This document shows, one piece after another, positions 28,753-39,122 of a stretch of 64,000 nucleotides of DNA. Source of the DNA: Alistipes sp. (GTDB lineage Bacteria > Bacteroidota > Bacteroidia > Bacteroidales > Rikenellaceae); NCBI GenBank assembly GCA_017560425.1, contig JAFZEX010000028.1, positions 3,736 to 67,735 of the forward strand. Direction: 5' to 3'. Numbering within the stretch: position 1 is the stretch's first letter; each line of letters opens with the position of its first letter. The notes below the pieces were generated by a model. It was not told the DNA's origin. It ran no database searches and saw nothing but the letters and a program-made list of their open reading frames with translations. The translations under genes and the position numbers were made by a program.

Positions 28753-28780
28753 GGCGACTCTTTGGGTCGCCTGTTTTTTT
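28753..28780 (+). terminator. Leader terminator (putative attenuator) immediately before pyrC
   Basis: GGCGACTC-TTT-GGGTCGCC-TGTTTTTTT ending 4 nt before the pyrC ATG. Confidence 0.8.
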
Positions 28781-28784
28781 ATAT

Positions 28785-30056
28785 ATGGCTAACTTACGAA
28801 CTATCATCAAGAATGGCGCGATATATGGTGCTGATATCGAAGACATAGCGATTGTCGATGGTCGCATCGCAGAGCGTGCCAAGAGCATAACACCCAACGA
28901 GGGCGACACCGTAATTAACGCCGAGGGATTGGTTGTTGCACCCGCATTTGTCGATGTCCACGTACACCTTCGTGAGCCTGGTTACGGCTACAAGGAGCGC
29001 ATCGAAACGGGCACTATGGCAGCAGCACGTGGCGGATATTCTACCGTTTGTCCTATGCCCAACCTCAACCCTGTGCCCGACTGCGTGGAGAACCTCAAGG
29101 CGCAGCAGGAGATCATCGATCGTGACGCAAAGATCGAGGTATTACCCTATGCCGCAATCACTATTGGACGCAGGGGCGAAGAGCTCGTTGATGTAGCATC
29201 GCTCCACGACAAGGTGTGCGCCTTCTCGGACGATGGTAGTGGCGTGCAGGTTGATGGCATGATGGAGCGTGCCATGATGGAGGCCGTGAAGTACGACTCG
29301 CTTATCGCAGCACACTGCGAGGTCGAGGAGTTGCTCAAGGGCGGTTATATTCACGACGGCGAGTATGCTCGTGAGCATGGCCACAAGGGCATCTGCTCGG
29401 AGAGCGAGTGGGCTCAGGTGAAGCGTGATATTGAGCTTGCCGAGAAGATTGGTTGCCGCTATCACGTATGCCACATTTCAACCAAAGAGACTGTGCAGCT
29501 TGTTCGTGAGGCTAAGGCTCGTGGCGTTAAGGTAACGTGCGAGACAGGTCCTCACTACCTAATATTTACCGACATGGATCTTCAGGAGGATGCTCGCTGG
29601 AAGATGAACCCACCTATCCGCTCGGCTGAGGATCGTGCAGCCCTTATCGAGGGCATCAAGGACGGCACTATCGACATGATAGCTACCGACCATGCGCCAC
29701 ACTCCATTGAGGAGAAGTCACGAGGCTTGAAGGATAGCGCCATGGGCATCGTAGGACTTGAGACTGCCTTTGCTGCGCTCAACACCCACCTTGTAAAGAA
29801 GGGCATTATCAGCCTTGAGCACCTTATCAAGATTATGAGCATTAACCCTCGCAAGGTATTCCGCATCGAGGGTGGCATCGAGGTTGGCGAGCGTGCCGAC
29901 ATCGTGCTCTTGGATACCAACAAGGAGTGGCGAGTAGACAGCAACAACTTCTACTCAATGGGTAAGATTACAATGTTCGACGGCAGAGATATGACGGGCG
30001 ACGTTGTGATGACCCTACATCGTGGTAATATCGTTTACGACAACAAAACAAAATAA
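28785..30056 (+). CDS. pyrC: Dihydroorotase (class I)
   Basis: DVHVHLREPG, MPN, FSDDG, HCE, KMNPP, TDHAPH. Confidence 0.97.
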   Translation: MANLRTIIKNGAIYGADIEDIAIVDGRIAERAKSITPNEGDTVINAEGLVVAPAFVDVHVHLREPGYGYKERIETGTMAAARGGYSTVCPMPNLNPVPDCVENLKAQQEIIDRDAKIEVLPYAAITIGRRGEELVDVASLHDKVCAFSDDGSGVQVDGMMERAMMEAVKYDSLIAAHCEVEELLKGGYIHDGEYAREHGHKGICSESEWAQVKRDIELAEKIGCRYHVCHISTKETVQLVREAKARGVKVTCETGPHYLIFTDMDLQEDARWKMNPPIRSAEDRAALIEGIKDGTIDMIATDHAPHSIEEKSRGLKDSAMGIVGLETAFAALNTHLVKKGIISLEHLIKIMSINPRKVFRIEGGIEVGERADIVLLDTNKEWRVDSNNFYSMGKITMFDGRDMTGDVVMTLHRGNIVYDNKTK

Positions 30057-30073
30057 TATAAATCAAAAAGCAG

Positions 30074-31150
30074 ATGAAACCTTTTACCAAGAAACTTGTA
30101 CTTGAGAATGGCAAGGAGTTTCCGGGCTATGGATTCGGTTCGAACCGCACAACGGTATGCGAAATCGTATTCAACACCTCAATGGTGGGCTATCAGGAGA
30201 TTATCTCAGATCCAACGTACACCGATCAGATTGTTGTTATGACCTACCCTCTTATGGGCAACTACGGATTTATGGACGAGGACTTCGAGAGTAAGTTCCC
30301 AACCATGGGTGGTATGGTTGTCCGTGAGGTGTGCGAGTCGCCAAGCAACTTCCGCTACACAAAGACAATGAACGAGACATTCGAGGAGTTGGATATCCCT
30401 GGCATCAGCGGCGTAGACACTCGTATGATTACTCGCATCATTCGCAACGAGGGCACACAGAAGGCAGTTATCGTTGATATCAACACCTCAAAGGAGGAGG
30501 CTCTCGAGCTTATCCGCACCACAGCTCCACGCCACGACCTTGTTGAGCGCATCAGCTGCAAGAAGCGTTGGTTCTCACGTACGCCTAACCACAAGTGGGA
30601 CGTAGTGGCTATCGACTGCGGTATTAAGTATAGCTTCATTCGTCAGCTCAACATGAAGGGTTGCAACGTGACTATCGTGCCTTACAACTCTACTGCCGAG
30701 GAGATCATGGCATTCAACCCTGATGGCATCTTCCTATCGAACGGTCCTGGCGACCCTGCCGACGTTCCATGCGTATGCGAGGTTGTTAAGCAGTTGCGTG
30801 GCAAGCTTCCAATCTTCGGTGTTGATCTCGGTCATCAGATTATCGCAATGTCGTATGGTGCAAAGAACGAGCGCTTGAAGTTCGGTCACCACGGTGGCAA
30901 CCACCCTGTAAAGTGCTTGGAGAATGGCAAGCTCGAGATTGTGTCGCAGAACCACAACTTCGTAGTTAATGAGGAGTCGTTGGCGGGCACACCACTCACA
31001 GTTACCCACCGCAACCTTCTCGACGGCACTATCGCAGGTATCGAGGCACCAACCGACATGGTATTCTCAGTGCAGTATCAGCCTGCTTGCACAACCGAGC
31101 CAAGCAGCACATATCTCTTTGATAAATTCATTAAACTAATGGAGGAATAG
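30074..31150 (+). CDS. carA: Carbamoyl-phosphate synthase small subunit, glutaminase triad degenerate
   Basis: FNTSMVGYQE, GNYG, SNGPGDP, FGHHGGNHPV and SQNH present, but GVDLGHQ (Cys to Asp) and QYQPA (His to Gln, Glu to Ala). Confidence 0.93.
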   Translation: MKPFTKKLVLENGKEFPGYGFGSNRTTVCEIVFNTSMVGYQEIISDPTYTDQIVVMTYPLMGNYGFMDEDFESKFPTMGGMVVREVCESPSNFRYTKTMNETFEELDIPGISGVDTRMITRIIRNEGTQKAVIVDINTSKEEALELIRTTAPRHDLVERISCKKRWFSRTPNHKWDVVAIDCGIKYSFIRQLNMKGCNVTIVPYNSTAEEIMAFNPDGIFLSNGPGDPADVPCVCEVVKQLRGKLPIFGVDLGHQIIAMSYGAKNERLKFGHHGGNHPVKCLENGKLEIVSQNHNFVVNEESLAGTPLTVTHRNLLDGTIAGIEAPTDMVFSVQYQPACTTEPSSTYLFDKFIKLMEE

Positions 31151-31153
31151 AAC

Positions 31154-34100
31154 ATGCCTAAGAGAACAGATATTAAGAAAGTAATGGTTATCGGCTCTGG
31201 CCCTATTGTTATTGGTCAGGCTGCCGAGTTCGACTACGCTGGTACACAGGCGTGTCTTGCACTTAAGGAGGAGGGTTATCAGGTTATCCTTGTAAACTCA
31301 AACCCTGCAACCATCATGACAGATACCCATATTGCCGACAAGGTATATATGGAGCCACTTACATTGGAGTATGTAGCAAAGATTATCCGCTACGAGCGTC
31401 CTGATGCTATCGTTCCAGGCTTGGGCGGTCAGACAGGTCTTAACCTCGCCGTGCAGCTTGCCAAGAAGGGTATCTTGGAGGAGTGCGGCGTTGAGATTCT
31501 CGGCACATCGTTCACCTCTATCGAGGAGGCTGAGGACCGTGAGCTATTCAAGGATTTGTGCGTACGCATTGGCGAGCCTGTTATCCCTTCACGCATCACA
31601 AACTCTATCGAGGAGGGTGTCGAGGCAGCTAACGAGATTGGCTACCCTGTAGTTCTTCGCCCAGCGTTTACACTTGGTGGCACAGGTGGTGGTTTTGCCG
31701 ACAACGAGGAGGAGTTGCGTGATGTTATGCGCAACGCTCTTGCCCTCTCGCCTATCCACCAGGTACTTGTTGAGAAGAGCATCAAGGGCTACAAGGAGAT
31801 TGAGTTCGAGGTTATGCGTGATAGCAACGACACAGCTATTGCCATCTGCTCGATGGAGAATGTCGATCCTGTAGGTATCCACACCGGTGACTCTATCGTA
31901 GTTGCCCCAAGCCAGACTCTTGCTGCCAAGGAGTACAACATGCTCCGCTCAAGCGCCTTGAAGCTTATCCGTGCACTTAAGATCGAGGGTGGTTGCAACG
32001 TTCAGTTTGCTCTCGACCCACTATCGTTCAGATACTTCATCATCGAGGTTAATCCACGTGTTAGCCGCTCATCAGCACTCGCATCAAAGGCAAGTGGCTA
32101 CCCTATCGCACGTGTTACTGCGAAGGTTGCTGTGGGCATGACCCTCGACGAGATTCGCATTGCCAACACTCCAGCCAGCTTCGAGCCTACGTTGGACTAC
32201 ATCGTAACAAAGGTTGCTCGCTTCCCATTCGACAAGTTTAGCGACGCATCGAACGAGCTTGGCACACAGATGAAGGCAACAGGTGAGGTTATGAGCGTTG
32301 GTCGTACGTTCGAGGAGGGCTTGTTGAAGGCTGTTCGCTCACTCGAGACCGGCGTATGCCACATCTACCACAAGAAGTTCGACACAATGTCGAACGAGGG
32401 CATCATCGCCTACATCCGCAAGGGTACTGACGACCGCATCTACGCTATTGCCGAGCTTATCCGCCGTGGCGTTGATCTGTTGCACGTATACGACAACACA
32501 AAGATCGACCTCTTCTTCTTGGAGAAATTGAAGAACATCGTTGAGATGGAGAATACCGTGAAGGCGAATGTCGGCGATGTAGAGGTGTTGCGTGATGCTA
32601 AGCGCATGGGCTTCAGCGATAAGTTTATCGGTCAGTGCTGGGGCATGAACCAGTCAGAGCTATTCCTCCTTCGTAAGGCTAACAACATCTTCCCTGTATA
32701 TAAGATGATTGATACTTGCGCTGCCGAGTTTAACTCAGATGTTCCATACCTATATTCTACATATGAGCAGGAGAACGAGTCTGTAGTTACCGACCGCAAG
32801 AAGATTATCGTGCTCGGCTCAGGCCCTATCCGTATCGGTCAGGGTGTCGAGTTCGACTACTCTACTGTTCACGCCATTTGGGCTATCCGTGAGGCGGGCT
32901 ACGAGGCTATCATCATCAACAACAACCCTGAGACCGTATCTACCGACTACACAACCAGCGACAAGCTCTACTTCGAGCCATTGACCGTTGAGGATGTGAT
33001 GAACGTCATCGAGCTTGAGAAGCCTACAGGCGTAGTTGTATCGCTCGGTGGTCAGACCGCTATCAACCTTGCTAAGCCTCTTGCAGACCTTGGCGTGGAG
33101 ATTATCGGTACTGGCATCGAGGCTATCAACAACGCAGAGGATAGAAAGTGCTTCGAGGCTATCATGCGCAAGGCGGGCATTCCTCAGCCTGATGCAGAGG
33201 CTATCACCGACATCGAGCGTGGCGTGGCTGCTGCGGAGCGCATCGGCTACCCTGTGTTGGTACGTCCAAGCTACGTTCTTGGTGGTCGTGCAATGCAGAT
33301 TGTGTCAAACGAGGAGGCTTTGCGCCACTACCTCAAGACAGCCGTAGAGGTAAACGAGGACTCACCTGTGTTGGTTGATAAGTACATTATGGGTAAGGAG
33401 CTTGAGGTAGATGCTATCTGCGACGGCAAGGACGTGTTTATCCCAGGCATCATGGAGCACGTTGAGCGCACAGGTATCCACTCTGGTGACTCTATCAGCG
33501 TATACCCAACATTCAGCGTAAGCCAGAAGGTTAAGGATACTATCGTAGACTACACAATCCGCCTCGGTAAGGAGATTGGCATCGTTGGTCTTTACAACAT
33601 CCAATTTATTGCCGACGACAACGACATGGTTTACGTCATCGAGGTAAACCCACGTTCGTCACGTACCGTGCCATTCCTCTCGAAGGCTACAGGCATGCCT
33701 ATGGCGAAGATTGCCACAAACGTAATGCTTGGCACAAGCCTCAAGGAGCAGGGCGTAGACAAGGTTATCGCCGAGGAGAAGAAGCGTTGGTATGTTAAGA
33801 CTCCAGCCTTCTCATTCGCTAAGATTCGTGGCGTAGACTCTTACCTATCGCCTGAGATGAAGTCTACGGGTGAGGCTATCGGCTACGACTCATCATTGCG
33901 CCGTGCATTGTACAAGTCGTTGCAGTCATCAGGCATGACAATCGCTAACTACGGAACAATCTTCCTCTCGATTGCTGATGCCGACAAGCCACGTGCTTTG
34001 CCTCTTATCCGCCGCTTCTACGAGCTCGGTTTCAACATCGAGGCTACAAGCGGTACTGCTAAGTACTTGCGTGAGAATGGCATTCGCACACGCTGCCTCA

Positions 34101-34336
34101 AGAAGCTCAGCGAGGGCTCAACAGAGATCTTCGACTCGCTTCGTAAGGGTCACGTAAACTATGTTATCAACACTATCGATATCAACCAGCATAGCGCACG
34201 TCTTGATGGCTACGATATTCGTCGTTGCGCCGTTGAGAACAACGTTACAATCTTCACAGCACTCGAGACCGTAAGCGTGCTTCTCGACGTATTGGAGGAG
34301 ATTACACTTGGTGTATCGACAATTGACGCTGAATAA
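31154..34336 (+). CDS. carB: Carbamoyl-phosphate synthase large subunit
   Basis: [18 protein letters not shown], duplicated ATP-grasp (HTGDS/HSGDS, EVNPR) and C-terminal MGS domain. Confidence 0.98.
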   Translation: MPKRTDIKKVMVIGSGPIVIGQAAEFDYAGTQACLALKEEGYQVILVNSNPATIMTDTHIADKVYMEPLTLEYVAKIIRYERPDAIVPGLGGQTGLNLAVQLAKKGILEECGVEILGTSFTSIEEAEDRELFKDLCVRIGEPVIPSRITNSIEEGVEAANEIGYPVVLRPAFTLGGTGGGFADNEEELRDVMRNALALSPIHQVLVEKSIKGYKEIEFEVMRDSNDTAIAICSMENVDPVGIHTGDSIVVAPSQTLAAKEYNMLRSSALKLIRALKIEGGCNVQFALDPLSFRYFIIEVNPRVSRSSALASKASGYPIARVTAKVAVGMTLDEIRIANTPASFEPTLDYIVTKVARFPFDKFSDASNELGTQMKATGEVMSVGRTFEEGLLKAVRSLETGVCHIYHKKFDTMSNEGIIAYIRKGTDDRIYAIAELIRRGVDLLHVYDNTKIDLFFLEKLKNIVEMENTVKANVGDVEVLRDAKRMGFSDKFIGQCWGMNQSELFLLRKANNIFPVYKMIDTCAAEFNSDVPYLYSTYEQENESVVTDRKKIIVLGSGPIRIGQGVEFDYSTVHAIWAIREAGYEAIIINNNPETVSTDYTTSDKLYFEPLTVEDVMNVIELEKPTGVVVSLGGQTAINLAKPLADLGVEIIGTGIEAINNAEDRKCFEAIMRKAGIPQPDAEAITDIERGVAAAERIGYPVLVRPSYVLGGRAMQIVSNEEALRHYLKTAVEVNEDSPVLVDKYIMGKELEVDAICDGKDVFIPGIMEHVERTGIHSGDSISVYPTFSVSQKVKDTIVDYTIRLGKEIGIVGLYNIQFIADDNDMVYVIEVNPRSSRTVPFLSKATGMPMAKIATNVMLGTSLKEQGVDKVIAEEKKRWYVKTPAFSFAKIRGVDSYLSPEMKSTGEAIGYDSSLRRALYKSLQSSGMTIANYGTIFLSIADADKPRALPLIRRFYELGFNIEATSGTAKYLRENGIRTRCLKKLSEGSTEIFDSLRKGHVNYVINTIDINQHSARLDGYDIRRCAVENNVTIFTALETVSVLLDVLEEITLGVSTIDAE

Positions 34337-35076
34337 TGTATAAGAAGGGAATATATACAGTTTTGAGTAACGAGCCTCTAACACCTGCGGTATATCGCAT
34401 GGTGTTGGAGGGCGACACTCAGTACATCAAGCACTCGGGCGAGTTTATCAACATCGAGCTTGAGGGTAAGTTCTTGCGCCGCCCTATCTCAATCTGCGAC
34501 TACGATGCTACAACCATTACTATTATTTATAAGGTAGTGGGCAGCGGCACCGAGCAGATGAAGGCTATGAGCGCTGGTACAAAGCTCGACATTCTAACAG
34601 GCCTCGGCAATGGCTTCTCGACCGACAACGATGCTAAGCGACCACTGTTGGTTGGTGGTGGCGTTGGTGTACCTCCAATGTACAACCTCTGTAAGCGCCT
34701 CCTTAGCGAGGGCAAGAAGCCTATGGTAATCGTAGGTTTCAACACCGCATCGGAGCTCTTCTACACGGAGGAGTTCAAGGCGCTGGGCGTTGATGTATAC
34801 TGCTCAACTGCCGACGGCTCGGTAGGCACCAAGGGCTTTGTAACCGATGTTATTCGTGAGCAGGGTCTTGAGTTCGACTACCTCTACACTTGCGGACCTC
34901 TCCCAATGCTCAAGGCGTTGTACGACGCTACCGAGTGTGCCGCAGAGTTCAGCTTCGAGGAGAGAATGGGCTGTGGCTTTGGTGCGTGCATGGGTTGCTC
35001 ATGCAAGACAAAGTATGGCAACAAGCGTATTTGTAAAGATGGTCCCGTACTAAAACGTGAAGAGATTATATGGTAA
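34336..35076 (+). CDS. pyrK: Dihydroorotate dehydrogenase electron-transfer subunit
   Basis: RRPISI, GGGVGVPP, CGP and MGCGFGACMGC...C.DGPV 2Fe-2S motif. Confidence 0.96.
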   Translation: MYKKGIYTVLSNEPLTPAVYRMVLEGDTQYIKHSGEFINIELEGKFLRRPISICDYDATTITIIYKVVGSGTEQMKAMSAGTKLDILTGLGNGFSTDNDAKRPLLVGGGVGVPPMYNLCKRLLSEGKKPMVIVGFNTASELFYTEEFKALGVDVYCSTADGSVGTKGFVTDVIREQGLEFDYLYTCGPLPMLKALYDATECAAEFSFEERMGCGFGACMGCSCKTKYGNKRICKDGPVLKREEIIW

Positions 35077-35987
35077 AGTATGATACATCGGTGGAGCTTT
35101 GCGGCGTAAAGCTCGACAACCCTATTATCCCTGCATCGGGAACATTTGGCTTCGGACGTGAGTTCTCGGAGTACTACGACCTCGATTGCCTTGGCGCTAT
35201 CTCGTTCAAGGGCACTACACGTGAGGCTCGCTTCGGCAACCCAACACCTCGTATTGCCGAGTGCACATCGGGACTTATCAACTCAGTAGGTTTGCAGAAC
35301 CCTGGCATCGACAAGGTTATTGCTGAGGAGCTACCTCACCTTCGTGAGATCTTCCACAAGCCTATCGTTGCTAATATTAGCGGCTTCTCATTGGAGGAGT
35401 ACGAGGAGTGTTGCGCAAAGATCGACAAGGAGGATCAGGTAGAGATTATCGAGGTTAATGTATCGTGTCCCAACGTGCATAACGGAGGTATGAGCTTCGG
35501 TACTCAGCCCGAGTCGGCAGCCGAGGTTACTCGCCGTGTTAAGGCAGTAACAACTAAACCCGTGTTCATCAAGCTCAGCCCAAATGTTACCGACATTGTG
35601 GCTATCGCACGTGCTTGCGAGGAGGCTGGTGCTGACGGTATCTGCCTAATTAACACCCTACTCGGCATGCGTATCGACACCATGCGTCGCAAGCCCGTTA
35701 TTGCCAACAAGATGGGTGGCTTCTCGGGCGACGCTATCTTCCCCGTGGCTGTCCGCATGGTATACCAGGTGGCTCAGGCTTGCAACATTCCTGTTATGGG
35801 TTGTGGTGGCGTGAGCTCAGCATCGGACGTTATCGAGATGATGATGGCGGGAGCTACTGCCGTTCAGGTGGGAGCTGCCAACCTCAAGAATCCTTACGCT
35901 TCGAAGGAGATTGTCGAGGCACTACCTAAGGAGATGGAGCGCTTGGGCATCGAGCGTCTTCGTGATATTATCGGAATTGTTAAATAG
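35070..35987 (+). CDS. pyrD: Dihydroorotate dehydrogenase B (NAD+), catalytic subunit
   Basis: ASGTFG, GNPTPR, NVSCPNV, KLSPNV, INT. Confidence 0.96.
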   Translation: MVKYDTSVELCGVKLDNPIIPASGTFGFGREFSEYYDLDCLGAISFKGTTREARFGNPTPRIAECTSGLINSVGLQNPGIDKVIAEELPHLREIFHKPIVANISGFSLEEYEECCAKIDKEDQVEIIEVNVSCPNVHNGGMSFGTQPESAAEVTRRVKAVTTKPVFIKLSPNVTDIVAIARACEEAGADGICLINTLLGMRIDTMRRKPVIANKMGGFSGDAIFPVAVRMVYQVAQACNIPVMGCGGVSSASDVIEMMMAGATAVQVGAANLKNPYASKEIVEALPKEMERLGIERLRDIIGIVK

Positions 35988-36005
35988 TAAAATTAGATCT
36001 AAGAT

Positions 36006-36707
36006 ATGAGTAAGCGTGATGTAATTATTGCTTGCGACTTTAGCAGCAAGGAGCAGACCTTGAACTTCTTGGATAAGTTCACTGGTCGTAAGCCATTTGT
36101 AAAGATTGGTATGGAGCTATTCTATGCCGAGGGTCCGGAGATCGTGCGCACCATCAAGGAGCGTGGTCACCGCATCTTCCTCGACCTCAAGCTTCATGAC
36201 ATTCCAAACACCGTGAAGAAGGCTATGTCGGTGCTTCGCAACCTCGACGTAGACATGACAAACGTGCATGCAGCAGGTACTGTCGATATGATGAAGGCAG
36301 CTATCGAGGGTCTTACACGTGAGGACGGCACTCGCCCACTCCTTATCGCCGTAACTCAGCTCACCTCTACATCCGAGGAGCGTATGCAGAAGGAGTTGCT
36401 CATTGGTGCATCGATCAACGACACTATCGTCAAGTATGCCGAGAATGCTAAGGCAGCAGGCCTCGATGGCGTGGTATGCTCACCACTTGAGGCAGCAATG
36501 GTTAAGGAGGCATGCGGCGTAGAGTTTATGACCGTAACACCAGGCGTTCGCTTCGCTGATGGCGATGTTGGCGACCAGGTGCGTGTTACTACCCCTGAGC
36601 GTGCTAAGGAGATTGGCTCCGACTTCATCGTTGTTGGCCGTCCTATCACAGCTGCTGACGACCCTGTTGCAGCCTACGAGCGTTGCATGCGTGAATTTGC
36701 AGAGTAA
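36006..36707 (+). CDS. pyrF: Orotidine-5'-phosphate decarboxylase (short subfamily 1)
   Basis: [33 protein letters not shown]. Confidence 0.97.
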   Translation: MSKRDVIIACDFSSKEQTLNFLDKFTGRKPFVKIGMELFYAEGPEIVRTIKERGHRIFLDLKLHDIPNTVKKAMSVLRNLDVDMTNVHAAGTVDMMKAAIEGLTREDGTRPLLIAVTQLTSTSEERMQKELLIGASINDTIVKYAENAKAAGLDGVVCSPLEAAMVKEACGVEFMTVTPGVRFADGDVGDQVRVTTPERAKEIGSDFIVVGRPITAADDPVAAYERCMREFAE

Positions 36708-36737
36708 GAATTATAAACTATTAAATATAAGAAGATT

Positions 36738-37367
36738 ATGGAAAAGAAGATAGCTAAAGACCTTTTGTCTATTGGTGCAGTATTTTTGCGTCCTGAGCAG
36801 CCTTTCACATGGGCAAGCGGCATTAAGAGCCCTATCTATTGCGACAACCGTCTAACACTCACCGCTCCCGAGGTGCGTAACCACGTTGAGGAGGGTCTAG
36901 CAGAGCTTATCCGCAAGCACTATCCTGAGGTTGAGGTGTTGATGGGTACATCAACAGCGGGTATCGCTCACGCAGCAATCACAGCAACAATCCTTAACTT
37001 GCCTATGGGCTACGTTCGCTCAGGCTCTAAGGATCACGGCCGTGGCAACCAGATCGAGGGTAAGCTCGAGGCTGGTCAGAAGGTAGTTGTTGTTGAGGAT
37101 CTTATCTCAACAGGCGGTAGCTGCATCGAGGTTGTTGAGGCTTTGCGCAACGCTGGTGCCGATGTTCTCGGTATCGTAAGCATCTTCACTTACGGCATGC
37201 AGAAGGGCTTGGATAGATTGGCTGCTGCTGAGGCTAAGAACTACTCACTCTCTAACCTCGACGCACTTGTTGAGGTTGCTGCGGAGGAGGGTTACATCAA
37301 GGCTGAGGACAAGGAGCGCATCATCAAGTTCCGCAACAACCCATCTGACGAGAGCTGGATTAAGTAA
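36738..37367 (+). CDS. pyrE: Orotate phosphoribosyltransferase
   Basis: [16 protein letters not shown] and [14 protein letters not shown] motif. Confidence 0.97.
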   Translation: MEKKIAKDLLSIGAVFLRPEQPFTWASGIKSPIYCDNRLTLTAPEVRNHVEEGLAELIRKHYPEVEVLMGTSTAGIAHAAITATILNLPMGYVRSGSKDHGRGNQIEGKLEAGQKVVVVEDLISTGGSCIEVVEALRNAGADVLGIVSIFTYGMQKGLDRLAAAEAKNYSLSNLDALVEVAAEEGYIKAEDKERIIKFRNNPSDESWIK

Positions 37368-37391
37368 GAAACGATAAAAAAGATATTTGGT

Positions 37392-38459
37392 ATGAAGCAC
37401 TTGATTGACCCTACTGACCTCTCTATTGAGGAGATTGCCGAGATTATCGCCGTAGCCGAAGATATTATTGCCAACCGTGAGAAGTATAGCGACGTATGTC
37501 GTGGCAAGAAGCTCGCAACACTATTCTACGAGCCCAGCACACGCACACGCCTAAGCTTCACCGCAGCAATGATGGAGCTTGGTGGCAACGTCCTTGGCTT
37601 TGCCGATGCTAAGTCTTCGTCAGTATCTAAGGGCGAGACCGTGCAGGACACCGTTAGGGTTATCAACTGCTTTGCCGACATCATCGCAATGCGCCATAAG
37701 GTCGAGGGAGCTCCCTTGGCTGCTACCGAGGTATCGAGCACCCCTATCATCAATGCTGGCGACGGCTCACACAGCCACCCCACGCAGACGATGACCGACC
37801 TGCTCACCATCAAGCGAGAGCTCGGCACGCTCAACAACCTTACCATCGGCTTGGTGGGCGACCTTAAGTATGGCCGCACCGTGCACTCGCTCATTAAGGC
37901 GATGTCACGCTACCAAAACACTAAGTTTATACTTATTGCACCGCCCGAGTTGGCACTCCCCGACTACATCAAGCACGACGTGTGCGACCGCAACGGAATA
38001 CCTTACCGTGAGGTCGATAACATCGAGAGCGTAATCGGCGAGGTTGATGTGTTGTATATGACACGTGTTCAGCAGGAGCGCTTCACAGATCTTGATGAGT
38101 ATGAGCGTGTTAAGGATTGCTTCGTGCTGGACGCAGCTAAGATGCGTGGCGCAAAGGAGCAGATGGCAGTCTTGCACCCACTACCACGTGTAAACGAGAT
38201 CTCGATCGACGTAGATAGCGACCCACGTGCTGCCTACTTCCGTCAGGTGGAGAATGGCAAGTTTGTGCGTATGGCTCTCATTCTCAAGCTCCTCGAGTGG
38301 CAGAACGACCCTGAGCGCAAGTTCGACCATGGTGGTAGCGACCTTGGTTGCAAGTGCCCTAACAAGCTATGCATCTCGAATCTCGAGCCCGTGCGCAAGC
38401 GCTTCGAGAGTGTCGATGGCATTGTCCGCTGCGTATATTGCGAGTCACAGGCAGAGTAG
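37392..38459 (+). CDS. pyrB: Aspartate carbamoyltransferase catalytic chain with C-terminal PyrI-like Zn domain
   Basis: [30 protein letters not shown]; C-terminal CPNKLCIS...RCVYCE. Confidence 0.95.
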   Translation: MKHLIDPTDLSIEEIAEIIAVAEDIIANREKYSDVCRGKKLATLFYEPSTRTRLSFTAAMMELGGNVLGFADAKSSSVSKGETVQDTVRVINCFADIIAMRHKVEGAPLAATEVSSTPIINAGDGSHSHPTQTMTDLLTIKRELGTLNNLTIGLVGDLKYGRTVHSLIKAMSRYQNTKFILIAPPELALPDYIKHDVCDRNGIPYREVDNIESVIGEVDVLYMTRVQQERFTDLDEYERVKDCFVLDAAKMRGAKEQMAVLHPLPRVNEISIDVDSDPRAAYFRQVENGKFVRMALILKLLEWQNDPERKFDHGGSDLGCKCPNKLCISNLEPVRKRFESVDGIVRCVYCESQAE

Positions 38460-38481
38460 CGCTGATGCAATGATTCTATTT

Positions 38482-38520
38482 AGGAGGCTAATCCGTGTGG
38501 ATTGGCCTCCTTGCTTTTTT
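38482..38520 (+). terminator. Terminator of the pyr operon
   Basis: GGAGGCTAATCC-GTGT-GGATTGGCCTCC followed by TTGCTTTTTT. Confidence 0.8.
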
Positions 38521-38639
38521 CAGTTCACCCGAGGAAATTGGCGGTTCACCCCACATTATCGGCATTTTACCCAAGGTGTGAAACAGCGTGGTGGTGTTTG
38601 TGATTAACTTTGTATTAAGCAAACAAAAACTACACTACT

Positions 38640-39035
38640 ATGAAGAGGATTACGGCACTACTACTCGCAACTCTAATTTCGCTCTCGGCAATGGCTCAGC
38701 AGCCATACAAAGTATATTGCTCGGTATGGGGCAACAACGCAGCAGGAAACCCTATGGGCTATGCCTACATAGACTATGGTCAGCAGGATATGGCACGAAA
38801 CTATTTGGTTGATAGCAACGGTAAGGGAATATATTTTAACTCTGCGATAGGCGTTCTTAACCACCTCTCGAAATATGGGTGGCAGTTGGAGGCTGCATAT
38901 GACACACAGATAGCAAGGCTCAGTGACTCAACCAAGTACGACACACGTCAGGTGCTATTTCTCTCGAAGATGGTCACGTCCGACGAGGAGATTACCGAGG
39001 GCATCTACACAAAAAATATGCATAAAAATCGTTAG
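38640..39035 (+). CDS. Secreted hypothetical protein (Bacteroidota type)
   Basis: Signal peptide ending AMA-Q; IDYGQ...LVD.NGK...FNS....LN.L.K.GW.L segment. Confidence 0.8.
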   Translation: MKRITALLLATLISLSAMAQQPYKVYCSVWGNNAAGNPMGYAYIDYGQQDMARNYLVDSNGKGIYFNSAIGVLNHLSKYGWQLEAAYDTQIARLSDSTKYDTRQVLFLSKMVTSDEEITEGIYTKNMHKNR

Positions 39036-39122
39036 TCGATGTCAGAAAATTGAAGTTTCTACGTCATATGAGTAAAAGAGGTGGAAATAACACCCTCGAG
39101 GAGCAAATATTTATGTCGAATT

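Noticed and set aside
28625-28784. PyrR-binding attenuator upstream of pyrC
   Set aside because: The AGUCCAGAGAGGC-type PyrR binding loop is not visible and no pyrR gene is present in the window.
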